Shown here: positions 15,261-25,095 of the stretch, one piece after another
Layout: each line of letters starts with the position of its first letter
Position numbering within the stretch: the first letter of the stretch is position 1
NCBI GenBank assembly: GCA_012837615.1
Contig: DUQX01000004.1
Span: 3,436 to 67,435, forward strand
DNA: 64,000 bases
Direction of reading: 5' to 3'
Origin: Bacillota bacterium
GTDB lineage: Bacteria > Bacillota > Dethiobacteria > DTU022 > UBA8154
Position numbers and translations under genes: made by a program
Notes under the pieces: generated by a model
The model's database searches: none
Told to the model about the DNA's origin: nothing
What the model saw: the letters and a program-made list of their open reading frames with translations, nothing else

Positions 15261-16403
15261 TTATACTGTTGATCTGTTTAGGATCTCTTCAGGTAATTGG
15301 TTATCAGCAAATACCGTGTCTATTACTATGTTCCTTTTTTCTATAAGGTCAATCTCATACGGTGTTAAAGGTTCAAAATCCTCTTTGGAGCATAGAACGC
15401 GCACCCTGGGCCTCTTGGGGAACCCAACCGTATTCTTAACAACTATTCCTACTTCTCCACTGCTCAAGCCCAGAAAAGTACCTATAGGATAAGCAGCGAT
15501 ATGCTGGATAAAATTATGCAGTACTTTCAGATCAAATTGCTCGCCGGAAGATTCCAGAATCTCAATAGCTTTATGAGGCGGGAAAGCCAACCGGTAAGGA
15601 CGATCAGCTACCAGGGCATCATAAACATCTGCAACGGCACTTATCCTGGAAAATAAATGAATCTGTTCAGACCTAAGGCCTTCCGGGTACCCCTCACCGT
15701 TCATGCGTTCATGATGCTGGTAAATAACCATGGCAGAGGAGCCGGGAATTAGATCTTGCGCTTTTACCATCTCATATCCAAAACCGGGATGTTTTTTTAT
15801 TTCAAGATATTCATCCGCAGAGAGTTTACCCTTTTTGTTTAAAATGCTGGAGGGTATCTTTACTTTTCCAAGATCATGGAGCAAAGATCCAAGGCCGACT
15901 TTTGTAAGCTGGGAACGCGACAAGCCCAGGGATATTCCCAACGTCAGCGCCAACACGGCGACATTAACAGAATGGGCAAAGGTGTAATTATCAGCAGTTC
16001 TAATATCGGACAAATTTACTATCAAATTATTATTGTTTAACAACTGATCGATAATGTCCTGAAGCACATTGCAAATGTTTTGCCTTTTAAATAGCAACTT
16101 AGGAACCGGTTTTTCCGGCTGTCTTTTTATATCAAACATTATATCCCTAACTATTTCAGTGGTTTTATGCCTTGTTTCATCCAGTATTACATCTTCAATA
16201 TCAATATCGGGTATAATATTATCGAAGATATAAACCGAACTAATATTGAGTTTTCTTAAACTATGTATATATTCTCTTTTTAGTTCCACACCGGTATTAA
16301 GAAGTAAAAAGCCCATCTTATCGTAAATTGCTCTTGCCAGCTTCATTCCTGGCTGAAGAGAAGAGATCGGCACTTTGCGCATTTGACCATCTCCTAAGAA
16401 CAC
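15261..16403 (-). CDS. HD-GYP domain c-di-GMP phosphodiesterase
   Basis: HDLGKVKIP (HD) and HHERMNGEGYPEGL (GYP) motifs. Confidence 0.9.
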   Translation of the reverse strand: MFLGDGQMRKVPISSLQPGMKLARAIYDKMGFLLLNTGVELKREYIHSLRKLNISSVYIFDNIIPDIDIEDVILDETRHKTTEIVRDIMFDIKRQPEKPVPKLLFKRQNICNVLQDIIDQLLNNNNLIVNLSDIRTADNYTFAHSVNVAVLALTLGISLGLSRSQLTKVGLGSLLHDLGKVKIPSSILNKKGKLSADEYLEIKKHPGFGYEMVKAQDLIPGSSAMVIYQHHERMNGEGYPEGLRSEQIHLFSRISAVADVYDALVADRPYRLAFPPHKAIEILESSGEQFDLKVLHNFIQHIAAYPIGTFLGLSSGEVGIVVKNTVGFPKRPRVRVLCSKEDFEPLTPYEIDLIEKRNIVIDTVFADNQLPEEILNRSTV

Positions 16404-16527
16404 GCTTTTTCCGATAGAAATAATTCAAATTAAATTATAACATAAATCGATAATATTCTTAAAGAGCAACAGGCAGGAAAAAGGATTAACAATCATTTAA
16501 TCTCCCATTCCCGGGCATAATAGAAAA

Positions 16528-17709
16528 ATGAACAAGATAAACACTGAAAAAGACAATTTAAAGGTCGGTATATTTACCGACAGCTATTACCCTTATATAA
16601 GCGGAGTTGTCCGCTCTATTGAACTTCTAAAAAAGGAATTGGAAAGCCGTGGGCATGGAACATTTATCTTCGCTCCAAATTACCCAACGGCATGGCAATT
16701 TCAAGAAAAAAATGTTTTTCGTTTTTTTTCTATACCCGCACCAACTCAAAAAAATTTCTTTCTACCCGTTCCCTTTTCTCCGCGATTACCTTTTCTAGTC
16801 CAAAATTTGAAACTGGATGTTATCCACGTCCATTCTCCCTTTTTATTGGGCTCATTGGGTGCAGCAACAGCCAAGCGATTTAAACTGCCGTTAATATTTA
16901 CCTTCCACACTCTCTATCACTTCTATGTTCATTACACACCATTTGGAAGGAATATTTCCGCCGCAATAATAAAAAAATGGAATAAAAAGTTTTGCAATAG
17001 GTGCGACCTTATCATTGCTCCTTCATTATTTGTAAAAAAGCTTATTACGGAATACGGCGTTTCAAAACCTGTTGACGTTATTCCTACAGGCATAGATGAT
17101 TCTTATTACTTAATAAACAATGATAACAAAGAGTGGATTAAAAAACATTTTCATTTAGATGAGAAAGATAAGATATTACTGCATGTTGGCCGGTTGAGCA
17201 AAGAAAAGAATATCGATTACTTAATAGAAGCTATGGGAGAGATACAAAAAACCATATCCCATGTAAAACTAATCATTGTTGGAACAGGGCCTGAGGAAAC
17301 AAACCTGAGAAGACTTGCTCATCAAAAAAACCTCGAATCATCTGTTTTTTTCAGCGGCCAGATCAACCACAGCGAACTGCTAAAGTGTTATGCCGGGGCA
17401 GATATTTTTACTTTCGCTTCCCGAAGCGAAACCCAGGGTCTTGTCGTTGGGGAAGCAAAAGCTGCAGGACTTCCTGTGGTGTGCTCTTTCTCCCCTTGCT
17501 TATCAGAAACAATCTTTCACGGCAAAGACGGGTTTCTTGTCCATACCTTACAGGATTTTGTTGAAAAGATAAAATACCTGCTTGAAAATGAACCATTGAG
17601 AAAAAATATGGGAAAAAGGGCGAAAATCAATGCTCTCAGGTACTCCTCTAATCTTCTGGCAAATAAAATGCTGCAAAGATATCAAAAAGCTATCCAAGAT
17701 AAAAATTAG
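16528..17709 (+). CDS. Glycosyltransferase family 4 (GT-B, group 1)
   Basis: GT4 N-terminal domain (FTDSYYPYISGV) and the C-terminal E-x7-E region (SRSETQGLVVGEAKAAGLPVV). Confidence 0.85.
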   Translation: MNKINTEKDNLKVGIFTDSYYPYISGVVRSIELLKKELESRGHGTFIFAPNYPTAWQFQEKNVFRFFSIPAPTQKNFFLPVPFSPRLPFLVQNLKLDVIHVHSPFLLGSLGAATAKRFKLPLIFTFHTLYHFYVHYTPFGRNISAAIIKKWNKKFCNRCDLIIAPSLFVKKLITEYGVSKPVDVIPTGIDDSYYLINNDNKEWIKKHFHLDEKDKILLHVGRLSKEKNIDYLIEAMGEIQKTISHVKLIIVGTGPEETNLRRLAHQKNLESSVFFSGQINHSELLKCYAGADIFTFASRSETQGLVVGEAKAAGLPVVCSFSPCLSETIFHGKDGFLVHTLQDFVEKIKYLLENEPLRKNMGKRAKINALRYSSNLLANKMLQRYQKAIQDKN

Positions 17710-17725
17710 ATAATATAAAAACCCT

Positions 17726-19189
17726 TTAGCTTAATTCAAATAACTCCCTTGCTTTTTTCAGCCTGTTTATAACCCTGTCTTTCCCTAACAAAGATATTAT
17801 ATCAAATAATTCAGGACCCATTGTTCGGCCTGTAAGGGCAAGCCTGGTCGGAAGGTTAATCCGGGACAACGAAACATTCAACTTCCGGCCCAAATCATGC
17901 AGTTCATCCCTTATTTTTTCCGCCTCAAAAGGCTCCACCCTTTGCAATACATGAGACACCTCGGTTAAAACCTCTCCTACCCCCTCTTTGCGAAAGTGCT
18001 TTTTCACTCCCTTTTCATCGTACTGGAAATCATCTTCAAAAAAATAATTGGAAGCATCGGCCATTTCTTGAAGTGTTTTAACTCTGTCCCGGACAAGATC
18101 AATAATTCTTTCAATTTCTTTATACTTTGCGGTATTTCTTTCTGTATTGATATTGAACTTTCTTTGCATAAAAGGCAATGCTCTTTCCGTTATCTTTTCC
18201 AATTTCAGGGTCCTCAAGTAATAGCCGTTAAGCCAGGTTAATTTCTTTATATCGTAAATTGCAGGATTTTTGCTAACCCTTTCCAGAGAAAACAAATCGA
18301 CAATTTCTTTAATATCCATAATTTCTTTATCTTCTCCCGGAGACCAACCCAAAAGGGCAAGGTAATTTACCAACGCTTCAGGCAAAATTCCCATATCCCT
18401 GTATTCCTGTACAGACGTGGCCCCATGTCTTTTGCTAAGCTTGCTGTGGTCAGGGGCGAGTATCATTGGTACATGAGCGTATAACGGCACCTGAAAACCC
18501 AGACTATGTGCGATAATTATTTGACGCGGTGTATTGGAGAGATGTTCCTCAGCCCTGATAACATGACTAATTGCCATATTATGATCATCGATTACGGATG
18601 CAAAATTATAAGTAGGCAAACCGTCGGATTTAATAATGATAAAATCATCAAATATTTTGTTTTCAAAAGCAACCCGTCCCCTGATTATATCTTCTACTAC
18701 TGTTTCGCCTTCTCGGGGCGTTATAAAGCGGATTACATAACTTTCGTTAAGTTTCCTTCTTTCCCTTTCCTCTTCAGATAATAATCTACAGCGACCACTA
18801 TACCTGGGTGGTTGTCCCTTTTGACGTTGCTTCTCCTTTTCTGCCTCCAGCTGCTCAGCGGTACAAAAACAGTAATAGGCTTTACCATCACGAACAAGCT
18901 GCTCTGCCAGCTCCCTGTATTTATGTAAATTCTCGGACTGGATATACGGGCCGTAGTCCCCGCCGATATCAGGACCCTCGTCCCAGGTTAAACCCAACCA
19001 TTTCATTGATTCAAGAATCGAAGAAAAGTACTCCTGAGATGAGCGCTGGCGGTCCGTATCATCAATTCTCAGGATCATTTTCCCGCCGCTGTGACGCGCA
19101 AAAAGCCAGTTAAAAAGAGCTGTTCTGGCTCCTCCGATATGAAGCTCTCCAGTAGGGCTGGGAGCAAACCTTACTCTGATCTTTTCCAT
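17726..19189 (-). CDS. gltX: Glutamate--tRNA ligase
   Basis: HIGH-type motif (PSPTGELHIGGART) and the KLSKR motif. Confidence 0.95.
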   Translation of the reverse strand: MEKIRVRFAPSPTGELHIGGARTALFNWLFARHSGGKMILRIDDTDRQRSSQEYFSSILESMKWLGLTWDEGPDIGGDYGPYIQSENLHKYRELAEQLVRDGKAYYCFCTAEQLEAEKEKQRQKGQPPRYSGRCRLLSEEERERRKLNESYVIRFITPREGETVVEDIIRGRVAFENKIFDDFIIIKSDGLPTYNFASVIDDHNMAISHVIRAEEHLSNTPRQIIIAHSLGFQVPLYAHVPMILAPDHSKLSKRHGATSVQEYRDMGILPEALVNYLALLGWSPGEDKEIMDIKEIVDLFSLERVSKNPAIYDIKKLTWLNGYYLRTLKLEKITERALPFMQRKFNINTERNTAKYKEIERIIDLVRDRVKTLQEMADASNYFFEDDFQYDEKGVKKHFRKEGVGEVLTEVSHVLQRVEPFEAEKIRDELHDLGRKLNVSLSRINLPTRLALTGRTMGPELFDIISLLGKDRVINRLKKARELFELS

Positions 19190-19268
19190 CCTTTAACACC
19201 TCTATTTATATAATCAATTTACACTTATGCTATTATCTTCTGGTTCAGTTAAAATAAATCCTGCCTGT

Positions 19269-20186
19269 TTATTCCTTTATCTCCTCTGCCGTAAGAATTT
19301 GATTTTTGAGTTCCGCAAGCATTGAACCTGTCTGTTCTGCATATTGAGAAAAAAGGGCACTGGTTTCTTCATTGTCTGTTTCCCTTGAAAAAATATCCAA
19401 TTCAGCATGAATCTTTTGTAATGTTGTGATTAACTCCCTTTCTTTCGTTGAACGCGGCCTATCCTTTTTGTCATCATACAGATCTACATAGAGATTGCCA
19501 TGTGAATCCAGCTGAGCCACGGACACTGCTGCCGGGTCTTCCACTCCCATTTCATATAGTTTATCCCTCAGCCAGTTCTCAGTAAACCCTTTAAGATCGA
19601 GGCTTTTCTGCAGTATTTTTCCGTTAATGATCACTATGGTCGGCATCCCCTGGTATTCAGTGATTATTTTCAAATCCTCAGGCGTCAGGCTTTGTTTCTG
19701 GCTTTTTTTAATTACGCTGATTTCTCCCTTTGGCTCCAGTACGGCAAATTCCACATCTTCCAAAAGCGGAGCATCCTTTATACGCAGGGCGGACATAAGA
19801 TCATCAAAATTCATCTTGGCACGAAATAGGTTCTTTTCCAGTACTTTGCCGTTCCGTACCAAAACCAGCGGTCCACCGACAATAATTCGCCTAATATTAG
19901 GGAACCTTATACCGAGCAGATTTAACGACACCAACAAAAATGCCCATAATACCATATTTAAAATACTTGAAAAAAAATGCACCTGGCTATCTACCAGCGC
20001 CGCGCTGGCAATACTCCCTATCGTAATTGCAACGATAAAATCAAGTGTCGTGAACTCACCCACCTCTGTCGGCCCCATTACCCTGGATAGAAATGCCAAA
20101 ATAGCAAAGGCAAGCACCCCTCGCAGTATAAACCCTACAATGTGTAATTCCTGTGTACTTAAAAATAATTGCTCCCAAAATGTCAT
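19269..20186 (-). CDS. DUF421 (YetF-like) membrane protein with C-terminal DUF1657-like domain ('2Duf'-like)
   Basis: An N-terminal TM region plus a YetF-like core. The C-terminal ~55 aa align by eye with the adjacent DUF1657 protein (F..ET.......FSQ[FY]A.QT......L...I). Confidence 0.75.
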   Translation of the reverse strand: MTFWEQLFLSTQELHIVGFILRGVLAFAILAFLSRVMGPTEVGEFTTLDFIVAITIGSIASAALVDSQVHFFSSILNMVLWAFLLVSLNLLGIRFPNIRRIIVGGPLVLVRNGKVLEKNLFRAKMNFDDLMSALRIKDAPLLEDVEFAVLEPKGEISVIKKSQKQSLTPEDLKIITEYQGMPTIVIINGKILQKSLDLKGFTENWLRDKLYEMGVEDPAAVSVAQLDSHGNLYVDLYDDKKDRPRSTKERELITTLQKIHAELDIFSRETDNEETSALFSQYAEQTGSMLAELKNQILTAEEIKE

Positions 20187-20241
20187 TTTTTATAACTCCT
20201 TAAATATGAAAAAACCTCTCTCTTAGAGAGGTTTTCCCGAA

Positions 20242-20448
20242 TCAGCGGCCTTTATACTGCGGCTCTTCCTCTTCTATTTCTTGAATTCTGGTTTGTAGGC
20301 CGTCCACGATACTTTTTGTTTGATTGGCAAATTGGGAAAAAGCATCTTTTGCAATCTGGCTTTCGGTTTCCAGCGCAAAAGTTTCCAAATCTGCCTGTGC
20401 GCTTTTCAGATTTGAAAGGCAGGTTTTTAATTTTTTACCGACTGTCAT
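20242..20448 (-). CDS. DUF1657 family small protein
   Basis: A 68-aa helical protein, recognised as the family associated with spore/spoVA2mob operons. Confidence 0.7.
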   Translation of the reverse strand: MTVGKKLKTCLSNLKSAQADLETFALETESQIAKDAFSQFANQTKSIVDGLQTRIQEIEEEEPQYKGR

Positions 20449-20534
20449 GACGGCATCCCTCCTCTGTTTATGCTGGTAATCAATTTATAGTATTACCATT
20501 CACCCGCATAAAATACTTTATAAATTTGTAACCA

Positions 20535-21902
20535 CTATTCGTCGGAGAGAATCCCCACCGCACAGATTTCCGGAAGTGGGGCATAATAATCCCTTCCCAA
20601 GCTTTCCCTGGAAATCTCCATCCCATTTTTTAAAAAAATGCGCATCGTCTCTACAGTATAGCCTTCCCTTCCTTTCTGTAAAACTTCACGGTAGGAAGGC
20701 GGTTTATCGCTCAATTCACGGTAATGTACCGGTGGGGGTATCTTATTAAAATCTCCCGTTATCAGCTCTACTTCAGGGCACTTATTTGGATCCCCAAAAA
20801 AAATTGCTCTTAATTCGTTTTCCAGTACCTGCATATGAATTAAAATGTAAAAGGTCAAGTCGTTTATAAATTTTAAATCCAGGTAGTTATACGAAATAGT
20901 TGCATCAAAACCTGGGGGGAGATATGCTACTGGAAGACTGTGATTGTGACGTTCCACTACCGCCAGGCCTGATAAAAGCGCAGCATTATAAATTGTTGAC
21001 GATACCTGGCAGATCCCCCCCCCGGGCCCCATTTCTATCTGTTCATTAACGATAATGGGAGCTTCCTTGTAGCCATTTTCCAGACTCGCTTCGCCAACGA
21101 GGTCATTAAAGGAAAACATTTCCCCGGGACCCAGCAGTAGATTATCCAGCGCTTTTGCGGCAAGTGAAATATTATAATTTCTACCCGGTAAAGAATCATC
21201 GAAAAAGGTGCTGAACGATACTATTTTATCTTTAATACCCATATTAATAATATCTGATACTTTTCTTGCAGGATAAATCATCTCAGTTTCAAGCTTAAAC
21301 GGCTGGGGAAAAGAAGGCCAGTAATATAAGCGCTGCAGGATCTCTGCAAATAGTTTTTCTTCTTTTAAGCCTTTACCGTTTTTATGCGGTCTATACTTTA
21401 ACACTCCCCCTTCTGCCTTTACTTCCGCATTCTCAGGTGGATAACACCTTTCTTTTTTTATCGCAGCCAATGCATTTTCAAAACGCTCTTTTTTTACCGT
21501 AAATAAACCCGGTATAATAACGCCGTTCCTATAGGTTTGAAGCTTATGAAAGTAATTAAATGGCCGATTTAAATTATTTATTTCCTTTATAATCCGTTCC
21601 CTTTCAAGAACAATCCCCATATCAATCAATGAGTAGTAAAAAAATTTTTCTTCCTCTAATAAATAAAGGCATATCCTTTCCCTCTCTAAACTCTCGCTTA
21701 TCTCTTCCAAAATCGTATCAATTTCTTCATAAGTTTTTCCGCCAACATATCTTTTCCCAATAAAAGTTCCCAGCGGAGCCCTTCCTTTAAAATAAAAGTA
21801 CTCAATTACCGCCAGGATCAAAAAGATTAATGCTATTACAGCGATTATTTTATAAATCCTCGCCTGCATTTTCTTAAAATCATGCCATTTAATTATCATC
21901 AC
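20535..21902 (-). CDS. VanW-family protein
   Basis: An N-terminal TM helix and the VanW core GGGICQVSSTIYNAALLSGL...ERHNHS. Confidence 0.85.
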   Translation of the reverse strand: MMIIKWHDFKKMQARIYKIIAVIALIFLILAVIEYFYFKGRAPLGTFIGKRYVGGKTYEEIDTILEEISESLERERICLYLLEEEKFFYYSLIDMGIVLERERIIKEINNLNRPFNYFHKLQTYRNGVIIPGLFTVKKERFENALAAIKKERCYPPENAEVKAEGGVLKYRPHKNGKGLKEEKLFAEILQRLYYWPSFPQPFKLETEMIYPARKVSDIINMGIKDKIVSFSTFFDDSLPGRNYNISLAAKALDNLLLGPGEMFSFNDLVGEASLENGYKEAPIIVNEQIEMGPGGGICQVSSTIYNAALLSGLAVVERHNHSLPVAYLPPGFDATISYNYLDLKFINDLTFYILIHMQVLENELRAIFFGDPNKCPEVELITGDFNKIPPPVHYRELSDKPPSYREVLQKGREGYTVETMRIFLKNGMEISRESLGRDYYAPLPEICAVGILSDE

Positions 21903-22034
21903 CGCCGGAAACCGGCAGGCCCGTTAAATATTTTTCTGCCGGGAAACCGTTTGGAAAGCCCCGACTTCTTTAACCGGACAGCAATACCATATTTATAATA
22001 TGCTTATGTATCCCCCAGGGATAATATGCAAAGC

Positions 22035-22063
22035 AAAAAAAAACTGTGAGTAAACACTCACAG
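22035..22063 (-). terminator. Intrinsic terminator downstream of decarboxylase beta-subunit gene
   Basis: An 8-bp stem, CTGTGAGT / ACTCACAG, followed by T9 on the minus strand. Confidence 0.7.
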
Positions 22064-22155
22064 GCGCATTATCATTATTATAATATATACCGGCTATGCC
22101 GGTTCCTCGTAAACTATTATCCAAAGACTTACTCAGAAGCTCCACTTAAGGTTAA

Positions 22156-23265
22156 TTAAAGCAGTGAAAGGAAAACCCCGGCAGCCACGGCTGAGCCGAT
22201 AACCCCTGCCACGTTAGGCCCCATAGCATGCATTAATAAATAATTATTGGGATTGGCTTGCTTGCCGACTACCTGCGAAACCCTGGCGGCCATAGGCACC
22301 GCAGAAACTCCCGCCGAGCCGATTAGAGGGTTAACTTTGCCGTTAGTAAGCTTGCACATAAGTTTTCCCATAAGCACGCCTCCTGCCGTTCCGATTGAAA
22401 AGGCAATCAAGCCCAGAATAACTATCATTATGGTTTGTGGCGTCAGGAAGTATTCGGCGCTTGCTTTAGCCCCTACTGTAAGCCCCAGGAAGATAACCAC
22501 GATATTGTTCAGCTCATTCTGTGCAGCTTTACTCAGCCGCTCTGTTACCCCGCATTCCCTCAAGAGGTTTCCAAACATCAGCATCCCCAAAAGGGGTATG
22601 GCATCAGGCAAAAAGAGCCCGGTAAGGATGATCACAATAATGGGAAAAATTATGCGCTCAGTTTTGGAAACCGGCCTGAGCTGCTGCATAACAATTTCCC
22701 GCTCCTTTTTGGTAGTCAAAGCTTTCATAATCGGGGGCTGGATAATCGGTACCAGGGCCATATAAGAGTAGGCGGCGATGGCTATTGCCCCAAGAAGGTC
22801 AGGTGCCAGTTTAGATGTCACAAAGATCGCCGTAGGGCCATCGGCACCGCCGATAATGCCTATTGAACCCGCCTGCTGGGGCGTAAATCCAAGCAGCATG
22901 GCCCCAAGAAACGTGACAAAAATACCAAACTGAGCTGCTGCCCCCAGAAGCAAGGTCATTGGATTGGAGATAAGCGGCCCAAAATCCGTCAACGCTCCCA
23001 CTCCCAAGAAGATTAAGGGAGGGTATATACCCAGTTCCACACCCTGGTAAAGATAATAAAGAAGCCCTCCGGGGTCCATCAGAGCGCCCAAAGGCAAGTT
23101 TACTAAAAGCATCCCAAAACTGATCGGCACTAGCAATAGAGGTTCGTATTGTTTGGCAATGCCCAGGTATAAAAGAAAAAGGGCAATAACTATCATAATG
23201 ATTTGGGTAACTTCTAAGTTTGCAAATCCCGTCGATCCTAAAAAATCCAAAAGCTGAATAAGCAT
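22156..23265 (-). CDS. Na+-translocating decarboxylase beta subunit (OadB/GcdB/MmdB family)
   Basis: A polytopic 369-aa protein with characteristic family sequence throughout (e.g. [22 protein letters not shown]). Confidence 0.9.
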   Translation of the reverse strand: MLIQLLDFLGSTGFANLEVTQIIMIVIALFLLYLGIAKQYEPLLLVPISFGMLLVNLPLGALMDPGGLLYYLYQGVELGIYPPLIFLGVGALTDFGPLISNPMTLLLGAAAQFGIFVTFLGAMLLGFTPQQAGSIGIIGGADGPTAIFVTSKLAPDLLGAIAIAAYSYMALVPIIQPPIMKALTTKKEREIVMQQLRPVSKTERIIFPIIVIILTGLFLPDAIPLLGMLMFGNLLRECGVTERLSKAAQNELNNIVVIFLGLTVGAKASAEYFLTPQTIMIVILGLIAFSIGTAGGVLMGKLMCKLTNGKVNPLIGSAGVSAVPMAARVSQVVGKQANPNNYLLMHAMGPNVAGVIGSAVAAGVFLSLL

Positions 23266-23279
23266 TTTACCCCTCTCCT

Positions 23280-23702
23280 TTATTCTATGACTACCATGAT
23301 ATCCCCTGTGTTAACGGATGCACCCTTTTGAATAGCTATTGATTTGATAACTCCGGAGACAGGAGCGGTTACCTCATTCTCCATCTTCATCGCTTCCAGA
23401 AGGACCAGCACATCGCCTTCATTGACACTGTCCCCAATATTTACTTTAATGTCGATGATGGAGCCGGGCATCGGCGCAGCTACCGGGAAACCTTCCCCAC
23501 TTTTTGATTGCGTTTTTTCCATTGGAGAGGGACTGGTAACAGTTGCGGATTGAGGGACAGGAGCTTTTTGCACTTCCGATGACGGCGCTGTTGGCTGAAC
23601 TATTGTAACAGCCGGTGGAGGCGAAGAAGTCTTTTGTTCGTTCATCTCTTCAACAACAACCTCATAAGGTTGTCCATTAACATACACTCTGTATTTTTTC
23701 AT
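23280..23702 (-). CDS. Biotin carboxyl carrier subunit of Na+-translocating decarboxylase
   Basis: A C-terminal biotinyl domain with the EAMKMENEV motif and a Pro/Ala-rich linker. Confidence 0.85.
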   Translation of the reverse strand: MKKYRVYVNGQPYEVVVEEMNEQKTSSPPPAVTIVQPTAPSSEVQKAPVPQSATVTSPSPMEKTQSKSGEGFPVAAPMPGSIIDIKVNIGDSVNEGDVLVLLEAMKMENEVTAPVSGVIKSIAIQKGASVNTGDIMVVIE

Positions 23703-24094
23703 CTATTTTTCCCCCTTCTCAATAATGCAAAATCCTGTCTTAAATTCAACAGCCTTGTCCGGCCGACTTGGGCCCACATATTATTTTGTTGTTCTATTGC
23801 ATTGATTTGATTGATTACAGGATTTTTAAAAGCTTGTTCCCCGGTATCAAAAGCAAAAAGTAGCGCCCCCATTGTAGCTGCAATTACTTCCGGTTTTACA
23901 TCATTAGCACTTTCAGGGGTGCTGATGGCTGCTGCTACGCGATCCGCAGCTTTTCTCACTTCCTTATTAGCTTTTTCCTGGGGTGTAAATATTTTGCTAA
24001 AGCATATTAAAAGTAACGCTAGTATAAATAACGTAACCATAACAACTATTAAGCCAATAACCAATATTTCAAATCCAAAAACAAGGTTTTCCAT
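23699..24094 (-). CDS. OadG/GcdD-like small membrane subunit of Na+-translocating decarboxylase
   Basis: A single N-terminal TM helix. It has a 4-nt overlap with the carrier gene and sits first in the D-C-B order. Confidence 0.6.
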   Translation of the reverse strand: MENLVFGFEILVIGLIVVMVTLFILALLLICFSKIFTPQEKANKEVRKAADRVAAAISTPESANDVKPEVIAATMGALLFAFDTGEQAFKNPVINQINAIEQQNNMWAQVGRTRLLNLRQDFALLRRGKNR

Positions 24095-24237
24095 TTCCCA
24101 ATCCTCCTACCCTATTAATATTATTTATATTGTACTAGCTCCACCTCCTGAAATGAGAAGTTCTGGGATAACGTAAAGGTTTACGCACCAGCACTATAAT
24201 TCTTTATAAACGCGTTAAAACCCTTTTTTCCTATTAT

Positions 24238-25095
24238 TTAAAAATAATTTTTATCCTGTTTATATTTTTTCATCTTTTCCAGATGCTGTGAATCCACAGT
24301 CACATATCCAAGAAAAGGAGATGAACCGGCCCCCGCTCCATGAAAGTCCGATCCTCCTGTAACAAGAAGATTATATTTACTAGCCATTTTTTTATACCTG
24401 AAAATATCAAAAAGCAGGTGGTCGGGGTGAAAAACTTCAATTCCCACCAGGCCTGTTCTTGCCAGGTCAGGAATAATCTCATCAGCATTGTAGAGGCCGG
24501 GGTGAGCAAGCACGGGAATCCCACCTGACTTTATAATTAAATTTACTGCCTTAGCGGTTGTTATTTTAAAACGTTTCACGTATGCCGGAGCATTGGAACC
24601 AATATACTTAGAAAAGGCCTCCGCAGTTGTTTTACAGTAACCCTTTCGGCAGAGCGCAAGGGCCAGGTGAGGCCTTCCCAGTATCTTCCCTTTTGTTAGT
24701 TTTTGTACTTCGTCGAGATTAACATCCAAATTCAATCTGTTTAACTTTTGAACCATCCTGGTCATTCTTTCCAGACGGCTTCTTTTAAGATCCCGGAGTG
24801 TTTGTTTTAATTCTCTCGATTCCCGATCACAATAATAGCCCAGAATATGTACCTCTTTACCATTGTGGTCAGCGCTGAACTCGATCCCGGGGACCACTTC
24901 GATCCCGCACATTTTTCCCGCCCTCTCAGCAGATGATACTCCATCCATTGTATCGTGATCAGTAATGCCTATGGCAACAATATTCTTTTTTAAAGCTTCT
25001 TGAACTACTGCAAAAGGGTCCATAATGCCATCAGAATAATTAGTATGAACATGCAGATCTACTCTACCCAATTCAAACCTCCACACTATCATCAT
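24238..25095 (-). CDS. PHP-domain phosphoesterase (TrpH/YciV-like); likely start TTG at 25071
   Basis: VDLHVHTNYSDG and ITDHDT motifs. GGAGG lies 6 nt upstream of the TTG at 25071, next to the upstream gene's stop. Confidence 0.85.
   Translation of the reverse strand: MMIVWRFELGRVDLHVHTNYSDGIMDPFAVVQEALKKNIVAIGITDHDTMDGVSSAERAGKMCGIEVVPGIEFSADHNGKEVHILGYYCDRESRELKQTLRDLKRSRLERMTRMVQKLNRLNLDVNLDEVQKLTKGKILGRPHLALALCRKGYCKTTAEAFSKYIGSNAPAYVKRFKITTAKAVNLIIKSGGIPVLAHPGLYNADEIIPDLARTGLVGIEVFHPDHLLFDIFRYKKMASKYNLLVTGGSDFHGAGAGSSPFLGYVTVDSQHLEKMKKYKQDKNYF

Noticed and set aside
24573-24582. A parS-like half site (GTTTCACGTA) inside the PHP gene, and a DnaA-box-like TTATCCACG at 16820-16828.
   Set aside because: These are only half or 8/9 matches. 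They are single copies inside coding sequence, with no supporting cluster.
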